Position numbers and translations under genes: made by a program
Shown here: piece after piece, positions 19,387-28,379 of the stretch
Numbering within the stretch: the first letter of the stretch is position 1
Layout: every line of letters starts with the position of its first letter
Notes under the pieces: model-generated
What the model was told of the DNA's origin: nothing
The model's database searches: none
The model's input: only the letters and a program-made list of their open reading frames with translations
Source of the DNA: Candidatus Bathyarchaeota archaeon
GTDB taxonomy: Archaea > Thermoproteota > Bathyarchaeia > Bathyarchaeales > Bathycorpusculaceae
Assembly (NCBI GenBank): GCA_963768425.1
Contig: CAVYHV010000014.1
Coordinates: forward strand, 64,001 to 128,000
Reading direction: 5' to 3'
DNA: 64,000 bases

Positions 19387-20426
19387 TCATTTGCTTCTGC
19401 GTTCGCATTCCTCTTCAAGCCAAATGAAGTCATGTTTTACTTCTTCGATTACGCTTAGGGTGGCCGATTTGACTTCTGGTCTTTCCTTTACCATATGAAA
19501 GATCTTATCTCCCTCGCTAATATTTGAAGTCGCAAAAGTAATAAAAGAGCCATTGCTTGAATCTCCTGTTACGAACACCTGATTAGTTATCCATGAAAGC
19601 ACAAGACGATTCTACTTGGGCTTTCTTGCCATCTTAGACTTTGAATCATTAGGTCGTAGGCAACTCCTGACATTTTTCTTAAATCCATCATTGGCAGTAC
19701 GAAGATAGCTGAGGATTCCAACATCTTGTTTAGCCTTCTTTTCACCGTTTTTTCAGAAACCCCAACTACTGCAGCTACGTCTGTAATCTTTCTTTCTGCG
19801 TTTCTCAGTAATTGCCCACATATTTTCCAATCAGTCGCTGTCATCTGAAAATTTGGTTGGGGAACACTAATTTCTGAAACGATTGGAGATTTAACTTCTC
19901 CCATCTTAAGGATTTGATCAGAAGACCTTTTTTCACTGTCGTCAAACAAAGTTATTAGCAATTCATCACCGTAATAATTTATAACCTGAACAACTCCGTC
20001 TCTTGATTCAAGTTGGGATATTATTTCTTGTTTGGAACTTAAGCCCGCGGACTTCATGAGCAGAAATGAGGATTTTCGGTTTAGCACTATGGGGTTTGGT
20101 ATTGATCTCCAACCCAGTAGTAAGCCGTCTTCCTTTAAGCGCTTGACTCTATTCCTTACAGTTTCTTCGTCGACACAAAGTTTCTCGGCGATTTCAGTGT
20201 ATGTTTTCTTAACGTTCCAAAACCCTAGTGAACCCCTGAGTTCTTTTATTAAAGCAGAGTAAGCTTCGTTTCCTACCCACAAAAAAGACTCACGTTTGAG
20301 AAAGGTAGAAGCCACACTTTTAATAAACTTTCTATAACTTCGTTGACAAGCATATAGCTCGTCACGCAGCGAACTCATTACTTTCATAAATTGCTTTGAA
20401 AAATGCGAGTTGAAATAGGAGCGCAA
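19387..20426 (-). pseudogene. Double-HTH Lrp/AsnC-family regulator, frameshifted near 19600-19640 (true start likely downstream of 20426)
   Basis: Two HTHs (EIAEKLCVDEETVRNRV; DVAAVVGVSEKTVKRRL); C-terminus continues in ORF 19387..19602. Confidence 0.7.
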
Positions 20427-20715
20427 AATCGAGAGACATTTTAAGCAATAGTTGGAAAAGAAAAATACGCATTCTAAAGTGGTCTCTTTGACAGATACCC
20501 GGTTCGTTTCTTATTCTCATCTTAACTCTTTAAATGAAAAACAGAGAAGAGTCTTGGTCACTATAATAAAGTGTTAGAACTCAACAAGTTTATTGAACGA
20601 TGGAAGTAAAAAACAATTGGAAGATTCTAGTTCAAAATGCAAGTAAGAAATGATAGCCAACCAAAGTTTATAAAGAAAAACATTCAATTGAAGTAGCGTA
20701 GAAAGTTGGAAATTA

Positions 20716-21603
20716 ATGAATTACACTATTCAAAGAATGTTGAAGAGAGCGCGTGTTCCACAATTCCTGTTAAGTGCTGTAAAAAAAATGACAGGCAATC
20801 AACCAATCTTGTTGGATTTTCCTGTTAACCCAACACCTCGATATGGATATGGGAAACCTCCTCATCCTAAACTCTATGAAATAATTAACAGGAATAGGAA
20901 TGCATACAAAAATACCTTGGGAAATTTCTTGAGGTTTGAAGAGAATTTTCTCAATATTCCATTGAAAAATGAGAATAACACAAAAGACCCGTCTTGGGTC
21001 AACGAATTTTTTACAGGATTGGACGCAGTAACACTTTATTCACTTCTTTGTTTAAATAATCCTAAAAGACTTATAGAAATTGGCTCAGGTTACTCAACAC
21101 AATTCGCAAGGAGAGCTATAATTGACCATAGTTTACAAACGAAAATAACCTCTATTGACCCACATCCTCGGGCTGGTATTGATTTAATTTGTGATAATAT
21201 AATTCGTCAACCTCTCGAGGATATGGATTTAAGTCTATTTGACGAATTAGAAGCCGGCGATTTTCTTTTTGTTGATGGCTCGCACCGTTGTTTTACAAAT
21301 TCCGATGTCACTGTTGTTTTCTTGGAAGTTTTACCACGGCTAAGAAATGGTGTTTTTGTAGAATTTCACGATATTTTTCTGCCTTATGATTATATTCCAG
21401 AATGGAGGGAACGATACTATTCTGAACAATATTTACTCGCGGTTCATATCTTATCAGAAAATAACAAATTCAATATTATCTTTCCTGGCTTATTCATTAG
21501 CGAGGATACGGAGCTGAATAAAATATTGAATCCTCTTTGGAATGAACCAAGGATGCAGGGAGTTGAAAGAATTGGAGGTTCTTTTTGGATACAGGTAAGA
21601 TAA
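20716..21603 (+). CDS. Class I SAM-dependent methyltransferase (Methyltransf_24-like)
   Basis: IEIGSGYST, LFVDGSH, FHDIFLPYDY, EQYLL. Confidence 0.85.
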   Translation: MNYTIQRMLKRARVPQFLLSAVKKMTGNQPILLDFPVNPTPRYGYGKPPHPKLYEIINRNRNAYKNTLGNFLRFEENFLNIPLKNENNTKDPSWVNEFFTGLDAVTLYSLLCLNNPKRLIEIGSGYSTQFARRAIIDHSLQTKITSIDPHPRAGIDLICDNIIRQPLEDMDLSLFDELEAGDFLFVDGSHRCFTNSDVTVVFLEVLPRLRNGVFVEFHDIFLPYDYIPEWRERYYSEQYLLAVHILSENNKFNIIFPGLFISEDTELNKILNPLWNEPRMQGVERIGGSFWIQVR

Positions 21604-21986
21604 TCACATCAATTAATCAGCAGGTCAAATAACTCACCGGTAACAGAAAGCTTTAGACTTACAAAACTGGTCTCATAAACTTCTCTTCACATTCAAAATC
21701 AAAATTCTAACACGAAAAAAGCTGATAAGTGCTTATTCAAATGTGCCAAACCCAATTTTGCTATTTCTATGATTGATTATTAATAAAAAAGCTCTCCTTT
21801 CTCCTCAAATAAGGAAGTTACCTCTAAGGCTTAAAAGGCATATTTCCGGATTGGGAGCATGTCAAAAAATCTATTTCCATTTTAGCCTTGGCTTAACCGT
21901 TAAGTGTTGAAGCACAAAGAATCAAAAGTTACCACAACAAAAGATGGTTGCTTATGTGGCTGAAATACCAATTGAGGAAGTTGAAG

Positions 21987-24968
21987 TTATTTATTGGGAA
22001 TGGTTAGGATGAATTTTGCTCCTCTGCCCGGTTTTCCCTCTTCAGTTATCGCCCAGCCGTACACATCCATCATCTTCTTAATGAAGAACAAGCCGAAGCC
22101 TGAGCTGGCCCCCGTGCTGAAACCTTCCTTAAAGAGCTTTGATTTGTTCTCAGTTGAGATGCCTACACCGTCATCCTCGTAAATCAGCCGCAACCCGTCA
22201 GAGGTTTCTTTCTCACAATAAACTTTTATGGTGGTGGCTTTTACGCCGTATTTTTTTGTGTTATCTACAAAATTGTAGAACATTTGCCTGAGAAATGAAT
22301 CGGCCAGCACGCTTATACCGTGGCAGTCGTTGACCACTTTGATGGTTAAGCCTGAGAAAAGAACCACAGCATCGTCCACAGCCTTACCCACGTCAACATT
22401 AGCTAACTCTTCAACGCCCAGTTGCTCATACATTTTGGCGAACTCAAAAATTTTAGCTGAATCAGCAACAACCTGCTCAATCTTACTCAAATCCTCAAGA
22501 ATGTCAGCTTGATCCCTATGCTTCTTCTTAAGCAAATACGTGTAACCATTTACGGCTGAAAGCTTGTTGCGAACGTCATGTCTAGACAAGTTTCCCACAA
22601 CACGCAACTTCTCGTTCATCAATTCGAGTTTATCACGGCTTTCTTTCAAATCCATTTCAGTTTTCTTGCGTTCTGTGATATCTATGAGCAGTCCTCTAAT
22701 CCCTATTACTTTGTTTTCAGAAATAATTGGATTCGTTCTAACGAGCGCAGGATAAGTAGTACCATTTTTTCTGACGAGTGTATATTCATTTGCACCGTGC
22801 TCTTCTCCAGCCATCGACTTTTCCATGTTTTCTATTGCCCTTTCTCTCTCTTGGGGCGAGACGAACGAGACTATGTTTGAGCCTTTTTCAACCTCTTCTG
22901 GTGTGACGCCCGTTAGCTCGAAAGCTCGAGTATTAAAGAAGGTAATCTTTCCAGTTAGATCCGTCTCAAAAACAATTACTGGCAAAAAGTTGGCAAGTTC
23001 CCGATACCTCTCCTCACTTTTTCTCATTGTCTCTTGTGTTTTCTTGAGTTCAGTGATATCAGTTACTATTCCCAGTATAGCTTTATCGCCGTTGAATTCT
23101 ATAAGAGCAGTGTTGATTATTGCGTTAAGTCTCTTGCCATTTCGTGTAATCAGTATGTATTCATAAGGAGGAACATTTTCGCCTTTCATGTGCTTGCCAT
23201 AAGCTAACTTTATTGTATCAGCGTATTCTGGCGGATTAAGAGAAAGAATATTAAAGTCAGGAGAACACAATTCCTCTCGGCTGTATCCAGTTATTTCTTC
23301 GCATTTCTTGTTGGCGTAGACCACTCTGTTACCATGATTTATGAAGATCATGTTGGGCGATTGCTCTGCGAGAGTCCGGAACTTTTCTTCATTTTCCATT
23401 AGTGACTGCTCAGCTTTTTTGCGTTCTGCAATGTTTCTGGCAATTGCCAAGATTGCTTGTTTTCCCTTATAATTTATGAGGCTGGAACTGATCTCAACTG
23501 GAATTTTCTTCCCATCTTTGGCAGTATGAACTGTCTCAAAAACCTGCGTACCAACAGAAACCACCCGACCCATGATAACTTTTACTTGCTCTGGGGCTAG
23601 ATAGTTATCAATCCCTTTAATCCCCAACAATTGCAACTCTTCCTTAGAATATTCTAACATTTCAACAGCGGCGTTGTTAACTTCTAAAAAGTTTCCGTCA
23701 AAATCAACAACCCAAGCAGATTCATCCATTCCATTGATTAAGTTCTTATAATTTTCCTCGCTTTCAATTAAGGCTTGTTCAGATTTCTTGCGTTCACTTA
23801 TGTCCTGAATAACACCATTTACCCTTATCGGAGTTTTATTTTGATCAAACACCAGTTCCGCCACAGAATGAATGAATCGTTCTTGACCGTTGTCGGGACG
23901 TCTAATTTTGAATTCCAAATCATACTTTTTATTACTTAGGATCAATTCTTGCAGAGCAAGATTCAAGTTGGGCCGATACTCAGGCAAAACAACTTGCTGC
24001 ACTAATGCTAAAGGCAAGAAATCGTTTGAACGTTCAATTCCATAGATTTTGAATGCTTCTTCAGATGCCCGCACTTTTTGGGTTTGCAAATCTAACTCCC
24101 AATTCCCCACGTGCGCAATTGCTTGAGCTTTTCGCAGCCTATCTTCGTTTTCCAGCAGCAACTTCTCCGTCTGCATTTGCTCAGTTATGTCTTTTCCAAA
24201 CACCGATATTCCGAATACTTTTTCTTCTTGTCTAATAACGTTGAAACTTAGCTGGAAGACACGCTTACACATGTTCACTTCGTACGTCGTTGAGTAAGGG
24301 CCATCGTTTAATGCCCGCTTATAGAACTCGCGCCATTCCTCAAATTCCGCTATAGAAAACAGATTCTCCGGACGCATACCAACCTTAACTACAAGCTCAT
24401 TCTCATTCAAAAAATATTCTTCAAAACTTCGATTAAAATCAAGAAGAGCAAAGTCATCGCAACTGACAGACCATATCATATCCGATGTACTGTCAACAAT
24501 TGAACGCATAGAACTCTGAGACTCAATCAACGCTAACTCAGCATTATGGCGCGCTACGGCGGCTTTTAGACCGTACGCTAATTCGCCATAAACTGTTTCA
24601 GGTGAACCTTGTTTGTTGAAGTATCCGCTAGCACCAAGGTTTAATGCTTTTATGGCTACTTCTTCCCTGCCCTTTCCAGTGAACAAAACGAAAGGAATAC
24701 TATTGTTCTGCTTTCGCAACTCCGTTAGGAATTGGAGACCATCTTTTTGGGGCATTTCATAATCAGAAATCACAGCATCATAGTGAATAATCGATAGTTT
24801 CTTAAAGGCTTCATCCACACAGCATGCGCTATCAAACTCAAAGCTCGCATCAATATCCATCATAATCTGTTTCGAGATTTCCAATATGTTCGGGTCATCG
24901 TCAACATGTAAAACTCGAATACGGCTATTTTTATTCGAAGAAACCAAATCAGATGCGTCTACAACCAT
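21987..24968 (-). CDS. Soluble hybrid sensor: REC + 5 PAS + histidine kinase
   Basis: HVDDD/SDYEMP/FTGKG REC; five PAS/PAC repeats; RHDVRNKL H-box, DDGVGI, GFGLF. Confidence 0.92.
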   Translation of the reverse strand: MVVDASDLVSSNKNSRIRVLHVDDDPNILEISKQIMMDIDASFEFDSACCVDEAFKKLSIIHYDAVISDYEMPQKDGLQFLTELRKQNNSIPFVLFTGKGREEVAIKALNLGASGYFNKQGSPETVYGELAYGLKAAVARHNAELALIESQSSMRSIVDSTSDMIWSVSCDDFALLDFNRSFEEYFLNENELVVKVGMRPENLFSIAEFEEWREFYKRALNDGPYSTTYEVNMCKRVFQLSFNVIRQEEKVFGISVFGKDITEQMQTEKLLLENEDRLRKAQAIAHVGNWELDLQTQKVRASEEAFKIYGIERSNDFLPLALVQQVVLPEYRPNLNLALQELILSNKKYDLEFKIRRPDNGQERFIHSVAELVFDQNKTPIRVNGVIQDISERKKSEQALIESEENYKNLINGMDESAWVVDFDGNFLEVNNAAVEMLEYSKEELQLLGIKGIDNYLAPEQVKVIMGRVVSVGTQVFETVHTAKDGKKIPVEISSSLINYKGKQAILAIARNIAERKKAEQSLMENEEKFRTLAEQSPNMIFINHGNRVVYANKKCEEITGYSREELCSPDFNILSLNPPEYADTIKLAYGKHMKGENVPPYEYILITRNGKRLNAIINTALIEFNGDKAILGIVTDITELKKTQETMRKSEERYRELANFLPVIVFETDLTGKITFFNTRAFELTGVTPEEVEKGSNIVSFVSPQERERAIENMEKSMAGEEHGANEYTLVRKNGTTYPALVRTNPIISENKVIGIRGLLIDITERKKTEMDLKESRDKLELMNEKLRVVGNLSRHDVRNKLSAVNGYTYLLKKKHRDQADILEDLSKIEQVVADSAKIFEFAKMYEQLGVEELANVDVGKAVDDAVVLFSGLTIKVVNDCHGISVLADSFLRQMFYNFVDNTKKYGVKATTIKVYCEKETSDGLRLIYEDDGVGISTENKSKLFKEGFSTGASSGFGLFFIKKMMDVYGWAITEEGKPGRGAKFILTIPNK

Positions 24969-25518
24969 TCCATTCTGAGTGAGGATTTGAATTAGCCATG
25001 CCCCAAATTAAATGGCTGAGTTTATTATAAGTCAATTATGAATCACAATTATTGATTTCAAATTGCTTTCATTTGAAAAAAGCGGTCTTCTTGAAGTAAA
25101 AACGAATAACCCAACATCCAATCATTAGGCTCAAATTCGAGTTGCAAAGTCAAACTTGAACAAGGAGCTTCTGGCTTTTGGGTTAAGTCTCCGCCGACTC
25201 GCTTATGATAAGCAGAAAGTATTTCTGCGGCATTGCTTGGGATTTGCTTAATGGTTTAAGCCATCCCACCGGTAGCCAAACACTATAATAAGGTAATTAA
25301 GATAAAATAAAGTGAATAAGCAACCTGCAAAAACTTGAATGGCACTTGACATCCAAGGTGTCCTTATTGTGGCAACACTTGCCATGAAAAGATGACAATA
25401 TCGTTAAGTGTCTTGATTGAAGATAGGGGACGTACAACGCAGGTAAGAATAAGGCAAGTTCCAGATAATTACAAGAAAACGGGCAATTGTTTTCTTTGAG
25501 TTTGTTGGATAGAACGAT

Positions 25519-25719
25519 ATGGAAAACTTCGAAAGATTAAGCAGTAAAATTCTCGTCAGAACCTGCTCCTGTGGCATCATATTTGAAACGTATGATCCAG
25601 AAAAAGTGTACCATTCAAACAAGTGTAGGACAAGGTACGTCAGGAAAAGATGTGAAGCCAAGATAGCCCAAAGAATGAAACCAAAGCAAAAGAAGCTAAG
25701 AGAACAAAGTTTTACGTAG
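25519..25719 (+). CDS. Small basic Zn-finger-like protein
   Basis: CSCG..F......YHSNKC followed by a basic helix. Confidence 0.5.
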   Translation: MENFERLSSKILVRTCSCGIIFETYDPEKVYHSNKCRTRYVRKRCEAKIAQRMKPKQKKLREQSFT

Positions 25720-26191
25720 CGCGGCGCGCGCGTTGAACCGCGAGCTTTCTCATCTTCGTTCTTCTGCCAAACATGTTCCTAACTTGCTCTTCTGTCATCG
25801 CAACCACGATGGTTGTCGGTTTACCTTCCCAACAACTGTCAACTTCCAGTAACTGGATTTCCGGCGTCAATTCACTAGCAATGATACTGAACTCCGATAC
25901 GCTAAGCTCGCCCATAAGAAAGGTCACTGGAAATTCCTCCGAAATGTCTTCGACGAACACCTTCTTCCCGGTCTCCTTGTTTCTAAACGAGTCCATCTCC
26001 ATTTCCTCATCCTTTCCTTGGAATTCCCAACTCTTGCTTGTCAGAAACTCGCGAACTCTGGAATCGGTCACCGCTATTTTGAACACGTTTTCTACTTTCA
26101 AACCAACGCCTCTCCCGATCTTTATTGTATACTTTCTCACCAAATAATATAGTATGTCGGTTGCATTACTGGTTGCGCGTGCTAAACACAA
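25712..26191 (-). CDS. Hypothetical protein (start likely internal)
   Basis: 159-aa ORF, globular composition, no recognised motif. Confidence 0.5.
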   Translation of the reverse strand: MCLARATSNATDILYYLVRKYTIKIGRGVGLKVENVFKIAVTDSRVREFLTSKSWEFQGKDEEMEMDSFRNKETGKKVFVEDISEEFPVTFLMGELSVSEFSIIASELTPEIQLLEVDSCWEGKPTTIVVAMTEEQVRNMFGRRTKMRKLAVQRARRAT

Positions 26192-26235
26192 GGTTATTAA
26201 TCTAATTTGATTGGCTATATTCTAGGAGACTGACT

Positions 26236-26436
26236 TTGTTAAACAATAAGAAAAAAGCCAAGGAAGAAGCTGAGGTATCAGAAAATCAGTTAAAGATGCT
26301 TAAGGCTCCTGCGCTAGAAGTCTCTAAGCTTGAAGAGCCAATTGAAATGCCAAAGCTTGAAAAGCCAACGGAAAAGCTAAAGCTTGAAATGAAAGAAAAC
26401 GTCCCAATGAAGAAAAAGAATGAAGAAGTGATCTAA
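26236..26436 (+). CDS. Lys/Glu-rich small protein with KLE repeats
   Basis: GGAG SD, TTG start; KLEEP/KLEKP/KLEMK. Confidence 0.45.
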   Translation: MLNNKKKAKEEAEVSENQLKMLKAPALEVSKLEEPIEMPKLEKPTEKLKLEMKENVPMKKKNEEVI

Positions 26437-26677
26437 AGCTTCTTGATATGAAAAAGTGGGAAGAAGGAAAGAAGCATATTCGGACTCTTTTTTTGATAGC
26501 AAAGCATTTCAATGCTATTCATTGGAGTCCTTTTTAATATTTCAGGAAGATACTCTTTCCTTGTTGCACTTTCCTTCTAAACTTTATTTTGGCTTGAACA
26601 TAATTTAAGATTTGTGTATTTCAGTGCTGACACCACAAATAACAGGGCGCTAGCTAAATCATGCTTGGTGAAAACAT

Positions 26678-26917
26678 TCATTCAATACATAATTCTTCCA
26701 ATAGAGAAAAACCAGTCAAGTGAATTTGACTCTTGCATATGTTACAGCAAATAACTATTTCTTCCAAACCATGACTGTTGACCTTTGGCTCCAGAATGCA
26801 GTAGGTTTCTTCATTGGTCTCATCTGGAGATATAACATTTCCACATTTTGGACAGCAAAAGTCTCCGTTTCCGGCTATCTTAGTCAAATCCAGTTTGTAC
26901 GCTTGCTTTTGTTCCAT
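26678..26917 (-). CDS. Small zinc-binding protein
   Basis: GNGDFCCPKCG..ISPD...CNICKS.I.LTGF. Confidence 0.75.
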   Translation of the reverse strand: MEQKQAYKLDLTKIAGNGDFCCPKCGNVISPDETNEETYCILEPKVNSHGLEEIVICCNICKSQIHLTGFSLLEELCIE

Positions 26918-27206
26918 TTCTCATCCCTCGTATATCGTTCAATGTTTTAATTTATAAAATTAAGCTGTTGCATGGTGAAACAACAATTGGAGCCTTTTTT
27001 CTTATGGGGAGAAAAACCCGAGATAGGCAAAAACGGAGAAACTGAAAGCTGGAAAAACAAGAAAATGGGAAAAGCAATACAAAAGACTTGCTCAGCAGCG
27101 TTTCCCACAGGATCCGCCATCCGATTCTGTTTTCACGTTTTTAGAAAATCCGTTGTCTTAGAAAATCTTAAATTGGTTTACATACGATTATGATGGCAGG
27201 AGAGGG

Positions 27207-28172
27207 GTGTTTAGGTTGAGCGCACTAGAAATCGTCGCTATTGTGTTGCCAATAATTGTTATCTTGATAGTTATTTACGCACTTTATTTGTCAGTGCGTA
27301 TTGTTAGACCGATAGACAAAGGTTTGGTGGAGCGTTTTGGCAAGTATCACCGTTTCGTCGAAGGCGGAATAACGTTTCTTTTCCCCTTTATGGATCGCAT
27401 AATAAAAGTCAACATAACAGAACGTATGACGCCTGTTCAGCGGCAGGATGTCATTACGAAAGATAAGGTTTTCATGGGTGTAGACGCCGTGGTTTTCTAC
27501 AGGATTAAGCAGGACGAAATCTCCGTGAAGGCTTCCCAATACAACGTTGCAAACTTCGCAGCGCAAATAGACACGCTTGCACGAACAGTGCTCAGAGACA
27601 TCATAGGGGGCATGGATATGGCGATAGCGAACACTTCGCGGCCAGTAATTAACACCAGCCTCAAGATGGCTCTAGATGAGCAGACGGAGAAATGGGGCAT
27701 TGAAATAGTGCGGGCAGAAATCAAAGATCTGGAACCGCCCAGAGAACTCATCATATCTATGGAGTCTGTTCTCAAAGCAGACAATGAAAGGCAAGCAGCG
27801 GAAAAAACCGCCATAGCCCAAGCAACGTTAGCCAGCGGAGAAAAAAACGCCGCGATTCAGGTTGCAGAGGGACAGAAGCAAGCGGCCATCCTTCAGTCTG
27901 AAGGCCAAAAAACGGCGACGGTTACAATAGCTGAGGGCGACGCGCAGGCAACCAAGCTGAGGAATGAAGCTTTGACAACGTACTTCAAGGACAGCGCCGT
28001 CGTCTACAAACAGCTGGACACTATTACGGCGTCGTTGCAGAACAATACAAAGATTATTGTTCCCGAAGGCAAAGCCATATCACTAATCCTCAATGAACAG
28101 GAAAACCTGGCGAAAGCAACAATCATTCCAGTTACACTGTCGCAACAACAGAAAAACCCAAAACAAATGTGA
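27207..28172 (+). CDS. SPFH/band 7 protein (QmcA-like)
   Basis: N-terminal TM, GLVERFGKY, QDVITKD, AEGQKQAAIL repeats. Confidence 0.9.
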   Translation: MFRLSALEIVAIVLPIIVILIVIYALYLSVRIVRPIDKGLVERFGKYHRFVEGGITFLFPFMDRIIKVNITERMTPVQRQDVITKDKVFMGVDAVVFYRIKQDEISVKASQYNVANFAAQIDTLARTVLRDIIGGMDMAIANTSRPVINTSLKMALDEQTEKWGIEIVRAEIKDLEPPRELIISMESVLKADNERQAAEKTAIAQATLASGEKNAAIQVAEGQKQAAILQSEGQKTATVTIAEGDAQATKLRNEALTTYFKDSAVVYKQLDTITASLQNNTKIIVPEGKAISLILNEQENLAKATIIPVTLSQQQKNPKQM

Positions 28173-28379
28173 TGCAACGTTTTCCCTCGGAAACTTTGAG
28201 GAAACACTAATTCAAGTTTTTTAGAAAAATCCCGATTTTTTGTTCGCCTTGGGACTGATATAATAATCCGTTAATCTGTATAAGGTATCGAACAACATTT
28301 CTGCTTTAATCTTCTGCGTTTAGCTTAAAATTAAAAAAAATCAAAAAAAGGGAAATGGTTTTGTTTTTGGTTTTTCAGC

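Noticed and set aside
25263-25272. ATCCCACCGG as a definite attR
   Set aside because: A 10-bp match can arise by chance; kept only as weak support within the island finding
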